From Acidobacteriota bacterium (GTDB lineage: Bacteria > Acidobacteriota > Vicinamibacteria > Vicinamibacterales > UBA2999): a stretch of DNA of 64,000 nt. Location of the stretch: the NCBI GenBank assembly GCA_018000455.1, contig JAGNJW010000011.1:28872-92871 (forward strand), read 5' to 3'. How positions within the stretch are numbered: position 1 is the stretch's first letter; every line of letters starts with the position of its first letter. The translations under genes were made by a program, and so were the position numbers. Below the pieces are notes generated by a model, which saw nothing but the letters and a program-made list of their open reading frames with translations, had not been told where the DNA came from and searched no databases. Shown here in pieces: positions 16,220 through 25,636 of this stretch.

Positions 16220-18247
16220 ATGCGCGCGATCGTCGCCTTTGTCCTCGCCCTTGCCGTCCTGCTGCCCGCGCTGGCCACCCCGGCGCAGGCCGAGACACGG
16301 CTCCGCATCATGCCGCCCTCGGGCGCCACCTTCGCCGTGGGCCAGCGCTTCGATCTGCGCATCGAGGCCAGCGGCGACGACACTGCGCCGCGGGAGCTGA
16401 TCGTGACGCTCGACGGCGAGGACATCACCACGAGGAACGCCCTGGCTCCAGGCATCAGCGGCGAGCTCGGCGGTGGCGGCACCGGCACGCCGCCTGGCAC
16501 CGTCGTGCGGCCGGCGGCCCCGGCCGCCGCCACGAGTACCAACTTCCTGCTGCGCGATCAGAGCTTTACGACGCCCGGCCGTCACGAGGTGGTCGTGCGA
16601 ACGGCCGATGGGGCCACCATGACCGCCTCGTATGACGTGGCGGCGTGGCAGACGCCGCGGGCCGGCGGCCGGCCGGCCAGGAACATCATCATGCTCGTCG
16701 GCGACGGGATGGGCATCCAGCACCGCACCGCCGCGCGCATCGTCTCGCGCGGGCAGACCTTCGGCAAGACCAACGGCCCGCTCGCCATGGACACGCTCGG
16801 CGTGACCGGCCTGGTCATGACCTCGTCGCTCAACGCCACGGTGACCGACTCGGCACCCGGCATGTCGTCCTATTCCACCGGCCACAAGGCCAACAACAAC
16901 CATGTCGGCGTCTATCCCGACAACACCCCCGATCACTTCGACAACCCGCGCGTCGAGTACGTCGGCGAGCTGCTCAGGCGGACGCGCGGCAGCGGCTTCA
17001 ACGTCGGCCTGGTGACGACCGCGTCGGCCATCGACGCCACGCCGGCCGGCAACGCCGTGCACACCTCGTTCCGCGACGCCTACTACGACATCGCGGCGCG
17101 GCTGTTCGACGAGCGCGCGACCAACGGCGTGACGGTGCTGATGGGCGGCGGCGCCACCTATTTTTCGCCGAAGAGCGAGGGCGGCAGCCGCACCGACAAC
17201 CGCGACCTCGTCGGTGCCTACAAGACCGCCGGCTACGACGTCGTCCGCACGCGCACCGAGGTCACGACTTTGCTCGCCGGCACGCCGCCGAAGGCGCTCG
17301 TTGGCCTCTTTCACCCGCGCCACATGACGGTGGCCTTCGACAAGGTGGGCGCCGGGCGCTACAGCGATGAACTGGCGCTCGACAAGAACAGGGAACTGCG
17401 CGATCAGCCGATGCTCGAGGAGATGACGGCGCTGGCGCTGAAGACCCTCGTCGCCAGTTCGCCGCGCGGCTTCTATCTGATGGTCGAGGGCGCCTCGATC
17501 GACAAGCAGTCACACGAGTCGGAGGCCGATCGCACCATCTGGGACACCATCGAGTTCGACAACGCCGTGCAGGTGGCGCTCCAGTTCGCCCGCACCACCA
17601 ACAGCGATGCCGACCCGGCCAACGACACGCTGGTCATCGTGACGGCGGATCACGAGAGCGGCGGGTTCGGCATCATCGGCGTGGGCAACGAACGCTACGC
17701 CCCGTCGGTCATCGGCAAGTCGGTGCGTGACTACGCGGCGACGTTCCGCTTCATTCCGGCGCAGACGCTGAACTTCTTCACCAACTACAGCATCGACGGC
17801 AAGGGCTTCCCCACCGATCCCGATCCCACGCGCAAGCTGCTCATCGGCTTTGCGGCCGGACCCGATCGTTACGAGAACTGGCTCTCGAACCGTCTCGCGC
17901 AGGTCGGCACGGTGGTCGATCCCGAGAGCCGCACGGCGGTGGCCAACCCGCGGCGCGACGGCCCTGGCGGCCAGAGCGACAACCTCGGCGTGGACGGCAA
18001 GGCGTATCCGGGCTTCCTGTTGCCCGGCGCCATCGAGAACGGCGCCACCGGCTGCCTGGCCCCGGACGGCTGCCCCGACGACACGCGCGCCAATCCGGTG
18101 GCGATTGCCGGCCACACGGCCAGCGACGTGCCGCTCTCGGCCGACGGGCCCGGCGCGTGGCAGTTCACCGGCGTCTACGAGAACACCGACGTCTTCGTGA
18201 AGCTCCTGCGTGCCGCCGCCGGCAGTTACCCGCGGCTACCGCAGTAG
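16220..18247 (+). CDS. Alkaline phosphatase (PhoA family) with an extra N-terminal domain, secreted
   Basis: NIIMLVGDGMG, the TDSAPGMSSYSTG active-site region, EGASIDKQSHE and VTADHESGG. Confidence 0.8.
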   Translation: MRAIVAFVLALAVLLPALATPAQAETRLRIMPPSGATFAVGQRFDLRIEASGDDTAPRELIVTLDGEDITTRNALAPGISGELGGGGTGTPPGTVVRPAAPAAATSTNFLLRDQSFTTPGRHEVVVRTADGATMTASYDVAAWQTPRAGGRPARNIIMLVGDGMGIQHRTAARIVSRGQTFGKTNGPLAMDTLGVTGLVMTSSLNATVTDSAPGMSSYSTGHKANNNHVGVYPDNTPDHFDNPRVEYVGELLRRTRGSGFNVGLVTTASAIDATPAGNAVHTSFRDAYYDIAARLFDERATNGVTVLMGGGATYFSPKSEGGSRTDNRDLVGAYKTAGYDVVRTRTEVTTLLAGTPPKALVGLFHPRHMTVAFDKVGAGRYSDELALDKNRELRDQPMLEEMTALALKTLVASSPRGFYLMVEGASIDKQSHESEADRTIWDTIEFDNAVQVALQFARTTNSDADPANDTLVIVTADHESGGFGIIGVGNERYAPSVIGKSVRDYAATFRFIPAQTLNFFTNYSIDGKGFPTDPDPTRKLLIGFAAGPDRYENWLSNRLAQVGTVVDPESRTAVANPRRDGPGGQSDNLGVDGKAYPGFLLPGAIENGATGCLAPDGCPDDTRANPVAIAGHTASDVPLSADGPGAWQFTGVYENTDVFVKLLRAAAGSYPRLPQ

Positions 18248-18265
18248 TGCCAGCGGTGCCGCGCC

Positions 18266-18271
18266 TATAAT
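18266..18271 (+). promoter_or_regulatory. -10 hexamer TATAAT, 6 nt before ATG 18278 (leaderless-type)
   Basis: gccTATAATcgcggcATG. Confidence 0.4.
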
Positions 18272-18277
18272 CGCGGC

Positions 18278-19459
18278 ATGTCACTCCTCGATCGTTCGGG
18301 GCTCTCGCGGCGCGACGTGCTGGCCATTGCAGCCCAGCTGGGTGTCGGTTCGACGGCCGCCGCCCTGTGGCCGGCCGACCTCTCGGCACAGGCGCTGCCC
18401 GGCAAGCACGCCATGCTCACGGCGCTCTCCACCCGTCCGCCAGACTACGAAACCCCGGTCGCGCTGCTCGATAGCCTGATCACGCCGGTCGATCGTTTCT
18501 ACGTGCGCTGCCACATGCCGGTGCCGGCCACGACCGCCGAGGCCGGGTGGTCGCTGGCCATCGATGGCGAGGTGGCGGCGCCGGTGTCGCTCACCGTGGC
18601 CGAGCTGAAGCAGTTGCCGCAGACGTCCGTCACCGTCACGCTCGAATGTGCCGGCAACGGGCGTGCCTACTTCGATCCGCCCGTGGCCGGCATCCAGTGG
18701 CGAAAGGGCGCCGTCGGCACCGCGAAGTGGACCGGCGTGCGCGTGGCTGACGTGCTCGAGAGGGCCGGGGCGAAGGCCGGCGCGACACACATCTGGGTCT
18801 CCGGCGCCGACCGGCCGCTCGGCAGCCAGCCGCCGTTCGTGCGTCAGGTGCCGATGGCGAAGGCGAGCCACCCCGACACGCTCATCGCCTGGGCGATGAA
18901 CGATCAGCCGATTCCCGCCGTGCACGGCGCGCCGCTGCGGCTCATCGTGCCGGGCTGGGAAGGCGCCTACGCCATCAAGTGGCTGAACAAGCTCACCGTG
19001 GCCACGAAGGAATTCGACGGCTTCTGGGTGGCGACCGGGTATCGCTATCCAACCAAGCGGGTCGCTCCCGGCGCAGCCGTGGACGCGAAAGACACGGCGC
19101 CGCTCACTGGCCTCGCGGTGAAGTCGCTCATCACGACGCCGCTCGACGGCGCGGTCGTCAAGCCTGGACGCGTCACCATCGCCGGCTTCGCCTGGGCCGG
19201 CGAGACCGACATCACGAAGGTGGACGTCTCGACCGACAGCGGCGCCACCTGGCAGCCTGCCCGGCTCACCGGGCAGGCCGTGAAGTACGCCTGGCGGCGC
19301 TTCGAGTTCGCCTTCGACGCCACCAGGCAGGAGACGCACACGATCCTGTCGCGCGCGACCGACGCTATGGGCCAGACCCAGCCAATCGTGCCGCAGTGGA
19401 ATCCGTCGGGCTATCTGTGGAACGCCCCCGATCAGATTCGCATCGAGGTGACGGCGTGA
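18278..19459 (+). CDS. Sulfite-oxidase-family molybdopterin oxidoreductase (SorA-like), Tat-exported
   Basis: Tat motif SRRDVLAIAA; FYVRCHMPVP; TLECAGNGR (Mo-ligand Cys context); a dimerisation-domain-like C-terminus. Confidence 0.8.
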   Translation: MSLLDRSGLSRRDVLAIAAQLGVGSTAAALWPADLSAQALPGKHAMLTALSTRPPDYETPVALLDSLITPVDRFYVRCHMPVPATTAEAGWSLAIDGEVAAPVSLTVAELKQLPQTSVTVTLECAGNGRAYFDPPVAGIQWRKGAVGTAKWTGVRVADVLERAGAKAGATHIWVSGADRPLGSQPPFVRQVPMAKASHPDTLIAWAMNDQPIPAVHGAPLRLIVPGWEGAYAIKWLNKLTVATKEFDGFWVATGYRYPTKRVAPGAAVDAKDTAPLTGLAVKSLITTPLDGAVVKPGRVTIAGFAWAGETDITKVDVSTDSGATWQPARLTGQAVKYAWRRFEFAFDATRQETHTILSRATDAMGQTQPIVPQWNPSGYLWNAPDQIRIEVTA

Positions 19460-19962
19460 CGGGGGTGCCGCGCCTGCTCGTCGCCGCTGCCCTGGTGGGC
19501 CTGGCCATGGCCCCGCGGGCACTCGAGGCGCAGACGCCGGCACTGCCGGCGAGTGCGGGCGTCGAGGTGGTGAAGGCCAAGTGCATCGGGTGCCACGAGG
19601 CCGACCTCATCGTGTCGCAGCGGCTCTCACCTGCCGGCTGGGACCGCGAGATCGGCAAGATGGAGCGCTGGGGCGCCACGCTGAGTGCGGAGGAACGGGC
19701 CACGCTGGTCGCCTACGTCTCACGCGAGTTCGGTCTGCGGTCACGAACCTCGCAGGATCCGGCGGCAGTGGCTGCCGGCGAGGCGGTCTACAAGGAAGCG
19801 TGCCGCCTGTGCCACGACGACGACATGTCGGCCCAGCAGCGCCTCACCACCGCCGGCTGGGGACGCGAAGTGGACAAGATGGTGCGCTGGGGCGCGAAGG
19901 TCTCGGCCGAGGAGAAGCCGGCCCTGGTCGCCTATCTCACCTCGCGCTGGGGCCACCCGTAA
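19456..19962 (+). CDS. Dihaem c-type cytochrome (SorB-like electron acceptor)
   Basis: GTG at 19456 overlaps the sorA-like stop (GTGA). Signal peptide present. Two CxxCH sites (CIGCH, CRLCH), each inside a duplicated module ..QRL..AGW.RE..KM.RWGA..S.EE...LVAY.. Confidence 0.75.
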   Translation: MTGVPRLLVAAALVGLAMAPRALEAQTPALPASAGVEVVKAKCIGCHEADLIVSQRLSPAGWDREIGKMERWGATLSAEERATLVAYVSREFGLRSRTSQDPAAVAAGEAVYKEACRLCHDDDMSAQQRLTTAGWGREVDKMVRWGAKVSAEEKPALVAYLTSRWGHP

Positions 19963-19998
19963 GCACCGCTTCGCCGAGGCCAGGCGCCTGCCACCGAC

Positions 19999-20799
19999 GT
20001 GGACTTCCTTACGCCCTCACCCGCCGCCATCGCCCCTGGCGCCGTACTCACGTGGTTGGCCTTGGTCGGTGCCTTCACCCTGCTGTGGCTCGTGTCGCTG
20101 CCACTTCGCAACGCCAGCATCGTCGACATGTGGTGGGGGCCGGCGTTCGTGCTGGCGGCCTTGGTGTATCTGACGGCGCGGCCCGACACCAGCGCGCGCG
20201 CCGTCGCCGTCATTGCCGTGGTCGCCGCCTGGGCGCTGCGCTTGGCCTGGCACATCGGACGCCGCAACGTCGGACACGGGGAGGATCCACGCTACGCCGC
20301 CTGGCGGCAGCAGCACGGTGCCTCGTGGTGGTGGTTCAGCTGGGTCAAGGTCTTCTTCCTCCAGGCCACCATCGCGTGGATGGTGTCGTGGCCGATCGGC
20401 GCGGCGCTGGCGCCCGCGCCGGCCTTTCCCTCGCCGTGGGATCTGGCCGGCCTCGCCATCGCGATCGGGGGCCTCGCCTTCGAAGCCGTGGCTGACGAGC
20501 AGCTGCGCCGCTTCAAGGCCACCACCCCGAAGGGCACTGTGTGCGGCGTGGGGCTCTGGCGTTACTCGCGCCATCCGAACTACTTCGGCGAGTCGGTCGT
20601 GTGGTGGGGGCTCTATGTCGTGGCCGCCGGAGTGCCTGGCGGATGGTGGACATTCGTCAGTCCGCTGCTCATGACGTGGCTGCTGCTCGAGGTCTCGGGC
20701 GTGACGCTGCTCGAAAAGAGTCTGACATCGACCAAGCCCGGCTACGCCGACTACGTGCGCCGCACGTCGGCCTTCGTGCCGCGGGCGCCCCGCGCCTGA
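19999..20799 (+). CDS. DUF1295 / steroid-5-alpha-reductase-like membrane protein
   Basis: Polytopic membrane protein. The C-terminal LWRYSRHPNYFGESVVWWGLY motif is typical of this family. Confidence 0.7.
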   Translation: MDFLTPSPAAIAPGAVLTWLALVGAFTLLWLVSLPLRNASIVDMWWGPAFVLAALVYLTARPDTSARAVAVIAVVAAWALRLAWHIGRRNVGHGEDPRYAAWRQQHGASWWWFSWVKVFFLQATIAWMVSWPIGAALAPAPAFPSPWDLAGLAIAIGGLAFEAVADEQLRRFKATTPKGTVCGVGLWRYSRHPNYFGESVVWWGLYVVAAGVPGGWWTFVSPLLMTWLLLEVSGVTLLEKSLTSTKPGYADYVRRTSAFVPRAPRA

Positions 20800-20839
20800 T
20801 GGCGGGGCCGGTCGCGGTCGGGCGCGGCCCATTCGACGA

Positions 20840-20845
20840 TATCCT
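20840..20845 (+). promoter_or_regulatory. -10-like hexamer TATCCT, 7 nt before ATG 20853 (leaderless-type)
   Basis: cgaTATCCTgcgtactATG. The ATG opens the Tat-like MNRREFLHSSAVTMAGLG. Confidence 0.3.
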
Positions 20846-20852
20846 GCGTACT

Positions 20853-22181
20853 ATGAACCGACGTGAGTTCCTGCATTCGAGCGCTGTGACGATGGCGGGC
20901 CTGGGCCCGGTCGCCCGCCTCGCCGTCCAACCCTCCACCGCCCTCGACGGACCAACGGCCCTTGGCCTGGCCCGCGGCAAGCGCGACGAGCTCGTCGAGC
21001 TGCTGTCGCAGCTCATCGCCGTGTCGAGTCCACTCGGGGAGTCCGCCGAGCTGGGCCAGCGCGCCGTGGCACGCTACCTCGACGCCCGTGGCTATCGATC
21101 CGACCTCGTCACCGACGATCCGACGGCCTACACCTCGCATCCCGACTACATGGCACCGGCCACGCCTTACCCGGCGCCGGCGGTGAATCTGGTCGCGCGG
21201 GCAGTCACGCGACCATCAAAGGTCGGGCTCTTCGCCCATATCGACAGTGAACGCGCCGGCGAGGGCTGGACCTCACCGCCGCTCGAAGCGCGCATTCGCG
21301 ACGGACGGCTCTACGGGCTCGGGGCGGCCGACGACAAAGGCGGCGTGGCGGCGATGGCGGTGGCGGCCACGCTGCTGCAGGCCGAAGGCCGACCGGCGCC
21401 CATCGTCATGAGCCTGCACGGCAAAGGCGGCGGCAGCCGCGGCAGCCTGCCGACCTTCGCGCGCCTCAAGGACTTCTCCCAGGTGCTCTACGTGCATCCG
21501 GCCGAAACGGGACACGGCTTTGCCGACATCAAGCACATCGTGCGCGGCGTGGTCGACATGCGGCTCACCGTCACCGGGTGGCGCGGCGCCGCCCGCGAGC
21601 TCGGCAGCCCCGACAGCGCATCGTTCTCCGAGGGCGGCGATGCCCTGCAGGCGGCGCTCGCCATCATCGACGACTGGCGTGGCGGCACCCTCAAGGGCTG
21701 CGAGGTGAACGTCGGCGAATTGACCGCCGGCGATCGCGTCGGCTCGGTGCCGTCCTCGGCACGCGCCCGCGTGCGGGTGCTCTTCGATGACAGCCGCCCC
21801 TTCGGCGAGGTGCTGGCGGCGGCCCGCAAGGATGCCAAGCGCGTGGCGGCATCGCGCGGCACCGGCGAGCGGCACATCACGGCGACGCTCGAGCGCGACG
21901 GGCTCGGCGCCAATCACGCGGCCGTGCCGTGGGACTCCCCTGCCTGCCAGGCCCTGCGCACCTCGATTGCCGACGTCACGGGCACGAGCCCGGCTTCCTA
22001 TCCGACGCATTTTGCAGGCGACATCCGCTATCCGATCCGGCTCGCCGGCGTGCCGGCCTTCGGCATGGGGTCGCTCGCCGGCGGCTTCTACGGGCCCGAC
22101 GAGTGGGTCGACATCGACGACCTGGTGCGGCTCGTGGCGGTCGTGATGTTGTGCGCGGATCGCTGGGCGCGGCTGGCCTGA
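20853..22181 (+). CDS. M20-family metallopeptidase (ArgE/DapE/CPG2-like), Tat signal
   Basis: FAHIDSE and GLGAADDKGGVAAM motifs. Start moved to MNRREF. The upstream 104 codons of the track ORF overlap the DUF1295 gene. Confidence 0.75.
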   Translation: MNRREFLHSSAVTMAGLGPVARLAVQPSTALDGPTALGLARGKRDELVELLSQLIAVSSPLGESAELGQRAVARYLDARGYRSDLVTDDPTAYTSHPDYMAPATPYPAPAVNLVARAVTRPSKVGLFAHIDSERAGEGWTSPPLEARIRDGRLYGLGAADDKGGVAAMAVAATLLQAEGRPAPIVMSLHGKGGGSRGSLPTFARLKDFSQVLYVHPAETGHGFADIKHIVRGVVDMRLTVTGWRGAARELGSPDSASFSEGGDALQAALAIIDDWRGGTLKGCEVNVGELTAGDRVGSVPSSARARVRVLFDDSRPFGEVLAAARKDAKRVAASRGTGERHITATLERDGLGANHAAVPWDSPACQALRTSIADVTGTSPASYPTHFAGDIRYPIRLAGVPAFGMGSLAGGFYGPDEWVDIDDLVRLVAVVMLCADRWARLA

Positions 22182-22191
22182 GTCAAGCGCC

Positions 22192-22788
22192 TCAACACGC
22201 CCACAGTTGCAGGATCGCCAGGGTCGACAGCCCGGCGGCCAGCTTCACCCACAGCGGCAGCCGCGCGGGCGCCGTCTCGCCGTAGCGCACGGGCGGCTGC
22301 TCCGCATCGTCGAGGCGCGGCAGGCGCGGACGGTGCGGTGACAGGAGTTCGTGAGTCGACACCGACGCATCAGACACGGCGACGGCCGGGCGATCGACCA
22401 CCGCCGCGGCTGGCGCCGCCGCCGGACGTACCGGCAGCACGGTGGCGAAGCGCTCCAGGTCTTGCAGCTCGTCGGCGCACATCGCGCACAGCCGCACGTG
22501 CGCCTCGACCCATTGGCGGTCGAGCGACGCGAGCGTGCCATCGACGGCGCCGCGCAGGTGGTCGAAGGTGGCGTGAGGCGACTCGGGCCGTGCTTCGGGA
22601 GCCGCCAGCGCGCGCCCGAACGCCTCAGCCCCGAACGAGGCGTCGGACTCGCGCGCCAGCGCCGCCCGGCAGGCGGCGCACGTCTCGAGGTGATCGTCGG
22701 TGGCGACGAGCGTCGTCGGGTGGAGGGCGCCGCGCACGTAGGCGCGCACCTGATCGAGCGACAGGTGGTCGTCGGTGCCGGTCGTCAC
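22192..22788 (-). CDS. Membrane anti-sigma factor with two tandem zf-HC2 motifs
   Basis: GTG at 22788 overlaps the sigma-gene stop (GTGA). HLETCAAC and HVRLCAMC both fit H-x3-C-x2-C. C-terminal TM helix LWVKLAAGLSTLAILQLW. Confidence 0.6.
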   Translation of the reverse strand: MTTGTDDHLSLDQVRAYVRGALHPTTLVATDDHLETCAACRAALARESDASFGAEAFGRALAAPEARPESPHATFDHLRGAVDGTLASLDRQWVEAHVRLCAMCADELQDLERFATVLPVRPAAAPAAAVVDRPAVAVSDASVSTHELLSPHRPRLPRLDDAEQPPVRYGETAPARLPLWVKLAAGLSTLAILQLWAC

Positions 22789-23837
22789 GCGTCCCTCTGC
22801 AAGAGGTGCCTCAGCAGGCGCGAGCGGGCCACCGTGCGGGCGTTCAGCACCTGCAGGCCGGTCAGACCAAGCCGTCGGCCGATGGCCTTGTCGTCCCACG
22901 GCAGATGCGCCCAGATCGCGGCCGTCTCGTCGGGCTTCATCGAGAGCGCCTCGGCCACCAGCCGCAGCGGCGTCACCCCGGCGCAGTGAAAGACCGGCAG
23001 CAGCGCCGCGCCGTGGTGGTCGCGCAAGCTGAGCAGCAGCGACGCCCGCATCTGCGGCGGCATCGCAATCAGTTCCTTCCAGGCCCGTTCCAGGTAGCGG
23101 CGGGCGACGGTGAGATGGTCGGGGCCCACGCCGGCATCGAGCACGGCCAGTTCCGGCTCGTCGCCCTCGGGGCTCGCATCGACGCGGGCGCCGGTGTCGA
23201 GACCGCCGGCAATCTCGAAGATCACCGCGGCGACAGCGTCGGCGGGCACCGGGCCGCGAGCCTGCTCGAGCAGTCGCAGCACGGTCGGAGTCAGCGCCGG
23301 GCCGTCGATCGACGCATGGTTCTTGCCCCACCAGTCCATGACACGCCCGGCCCACGGATACGGCGGCTCGAGCGGTATCCGATCGGTCCACGACGGCAGC
23401 CCGAGCACGGCCTGCCCTGGCGCGGTCGTCCAGCCGACGACGCCGACGCCGCGCGTGGCGATGAGGCGCACGCGGTTCACGAGCTGCGCCAGTGCGGGCC
23501 GCGTGCGGCGCAGGTAGTCGCGGCACATCGCGTCGGCCGACGTGCGCGCGAACTCGTCGAGGTCGGCCACCGGCACCGTCCGCTCGCCCTTCTGCACGGC
23601 ACGCAGCAGCGCCGTCAGACGATCGCGGCACATCGTCGCCACATCAGCGCGATCGGCCGCGGTCAGGTGCGAGAGATGCGCCGTGGTGGCGGCACGCACG
23701 GCTGGATCGATCGCGCGCAGGGAAAGGGCGCTGAGCCGCTCGGCCGCCCGTGGACTGGCGTCGCCGATGAGCGCCTTGAGGCGCGGGTCCCAGTCGTGCA
23801 AGAGAGCGTCGGCGGCCACGGCGTTTGAATCTATCAC
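22785..23837 (-). CDS. Atypically long sigma-70/ECF-like factor (about 350 aa)
   Basis: C-terminal region-4-like HTH IGRRLGLTGLQVLNARTVARSRLLRHL, preceded by MPPQMRASLLLSLRD. Start set to GTG 23837. The N-terminal region-2 assignment is uncertain. Confidence 0.5.
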   Translation of the reverse strand: MIDSNAVAADALLHDWDPRLKALIGDASPRAAERLSALSLRAIDPAVRAATTAHLSHLTAADRADVATMCRDRLTALLRAVQKGERTVPVADLDEFARTSADAMCRDYLRRTRPALAQLVNRVRLIATRGVGVVGWTTAPGQAVLGLPSWTDRIPLEPPYPWAGRVMDWWGKNHASIDGPALTPTVLRLLEQARGPVPADAVAAVIFEIAGGLDTGARVDASPEGDEPELAVLDAGVGPDHLTVARRYLERAWKELIAMPPQMRASLLLSLRDHHGAALLPVFHCAGVTPLRLVAEALSMKPDETAAIWAHLPWDDKAIGRRLGLTGLQVLNARTVARSRLLRHLLQRDA

Positions 23838-23875
23838 GCGCGCGCAGCCCGCCGCCGTCGGCGTGACGTGCTGAT

Positions 23876-25585
23876 ATGCTGGCGCCGGTGACGACCGACG
23901 CCGATCGCCCGGTCCGCGGCCCCTGGGGCGCACTTGCCGGCGCACTGATTGGCGCGGCGTTCTTCGCCTGGGTCGCCGGCAGCCGCGTGCTCGATCCGAC
24001 CGAGATCGATTGGCTGATGAAGGGCGACTGGGTGCCGCACTACTTCGGCTGGCACTACTTCCGCAGCGAGCCCTGGCACTGGCCGCCGGGCGCGGTGCAC
24101 GGCTACTACGCGCCGCTCGGCACCTCGATCGGGCTCACCGATTCGATTCCGCTCATCGGCTACCTGCTCAAACCGTTCTCCGGCTGGCTGCCGACGCCGT
24201 TCCAGTATCTCGGGCCGTTCCTGCTCGCGTCGTTCGCGTTACAGGGGGCGCTCGGGGCGCGCCTCATCGGCCGCCGCGTCGACTCGCTTTCGGCGCAGGC
24301 CCTCGGGGCGGCGCTGTTCGTGCTGCTGCCGACGCTGCTCATCCGCGTGGGCCACGCCGCGCTGTGCGCTCACTGGCTGATCTTGTGGGCGCTGCTGCTG
24401 GCCACGCGCGAGCCCAGGACGCGCCACGCCCCGCGGGCGTGGGCGTTGCTCGGCCTGGTCGCGGCGATGGTGCAGCCGTACCTGGCGGCGATGGTACTCG
24501 GGGTGCTCGGCGCCACGGCCGCCAGCGGCAGCGGGACTCCCCTCCTGCGTCGGGGCGGTGCGTTGGCCGCGGCCGTCGCCGCTACGCTGGCAGGGTGGTG
24601 GATCTCGGGCCTGTTCCTGCTCGACGGCAGCGGATCGCTTGCCGCCGGTGGCCTCGGCTACTACTCGATGAACCTGCTCGCCTTCGTCTCGCCGGGCGAC
24701 TGGTCGGCGTTCCTGCCGCCGCTGCCCGTCGCCTTCGACGGCCAGGCCTACGAAGGCTTTCAGTATCTCGGGCTCGGCATTCTGGGCCTGCTCGGGGCCG
24801 CGCTCGCGTTCGGCACCGTCCGGCGCGGCCGGGCCGGAGCCACGGCGCCCCAGCGACGTCTCTGGCCGCCGGTGCTCGTGCTGGCGTGCCTGGGCATGGC
24901 GGCCTTCGCGGTGAGCCCGGTTGTGACGCTCGGCAGCCGGACGATTGCCAACTTCGACGGTGCGTGGACGGCGCCGCTGGCGCTCTTCAGGTCGTCGGGA
25001 CGCTTCGTGTGGCCGCTCGTGTACGTGATGCTCACGAGCGCCGTCGTCACCGTGGTACTTCGCGCACCCGGACGGCTCGGCCTTGCCGTCCTGGCCGGCG
25101 CCGTGGTCGTGCAACTCGTGGACCTGGCCGGTGCGCACGCGTTTCGCCGGCAGGTAGCCCGCGATCCGGCCTTCCACGCCTGGGCCGATCCGTTCGCCGA
25201 CGCGCGCTGGAGCACCGTGGCCGAAACCTACGGACATCTGGTACTGGTGCCGCCACCGCAGTGCGGCCCGGCTCCTGTGCCCTACGAGGGCGCGATCGGC
25301 CTGACGGCCCGCCACGGGCTCACCATCAACGCCGGCGTGGTGGCCAGGCGCGACGAGGGTGCCCTGGCCGGCTACTGCGCGGCGCTCGACGCCGAGATCG
25401 ACGGCGCCCGGCTCAGGGACGACACGCTGTACATCGTGTCGTCCGCAGCCGCCGCGATCCTGTCAGGGCAAGCCGGGGCCAGCGTCACCTGCGGCACGAT
25501 TGGCGGCGTGTGGTTCTGCACGACGCCGGCCGCCCGCGCCCGCTGGCGAGATCGCGCCGCGGCCGATCGCTGGATCGATCCGTAA
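23876..25585 (+). CDS. Large polytopic membrane protein (possibly a DUF6311-like glycosyltransferase-type family)
   Basis: About 12 hydrophobic segments. The N-terminal motif DWLMKGDWVPHYFGWHYFRSEPWHWPPG is recalled from uncharacterised membrane glycosyltransferase-like families. The family call is tentative. Confidence 0.6.
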   Translation: MLAPVTTDADRPVRGPWGALAGALIGAAFFAWVAGSRVLDPTEIDWLMKGDWVPHYFGWHYFRSEPWHWPPGAVHGYYAPLGTSIGLTDSIPLIGYLLKPFSGWLPTPFQYLGPFLLASFALQGALGARLIGRRVDSLSAQALGAALFVLLPTLLIRVGHAALCAHWLILWALLLATREPRTRHAPRAWALLGLVAAMVQPYLAAMVLGVLGATAASGSGTPLLRRGGALAAAVAATLAGWWISGLFLLDGSGSLAAGGLGYYSMNLLAFVSPGDWSAFLPPLPVAFDGQAYEGFQYLGLGILGLLGAALAFGTVRRGRAGATAPQRRLWPPVLVLACLGMAAFAVSPVVTLGSRTIANFDGAWTAPLALFRSSGRFVWPLVYVMLTSAVVTVVLRAPGRLGLAVLAGAVVVQLVDLAGAHAFRRQVARDPAFHAWADPFADARWSTVAETYGHLVLVPPPQCGPAPVPYEGAIGLTARHGLTINAGVVARRDEGALAGYCAALDAEIDGARLRDDTLYIVSSAAAAILSGQAGASVTCGTIGGVWFCTTPAARARWRDRAAADRWIDP

Positions 25586-25636
25586 CCGGCGGTCCGCCAG
25601 GGCGGGCATGGGTCTGGCGGGGCGCCGGCCGCCGGG

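Noticed and set aside
15050-17323. Very long ORFs in alternative or antisense frames. Examples: 15050..17323(-) 757 aa, 51749..54163(-) 804 aa, 35194..37314(-) 706 aa, 33207..35312(-) 701 aa, 25640..27706(+) 688 aa, 12156..14117(+) 653 aa, 12433..14349(-) 638 aa, 5186..6922(+) 578 aa, 24010..25692(+) 560 aa.
   Set aside because: Their translations are Arg/Gly/Ala/Pro-rich and of low complexity, with no motifs. Each overlaps a frame that carries clear family signatures. Stop-codon scarcity in such GC-rich DNA produces these shadow ORFs.
20541-20852. The 104-codon N-terminal extension of the M20 peptidase ORF, and similar over-extensions at 8238, 11224, 38833, 40557..41300, 45828, 46763 and 6958..7662.
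   Set aside because: The extensions overlap upstream genes or are Arg-rich. Internal Met codons give Sec or Tat signal peptides and have either a -10 hexamer at 6-7 nt or an SD sequence.
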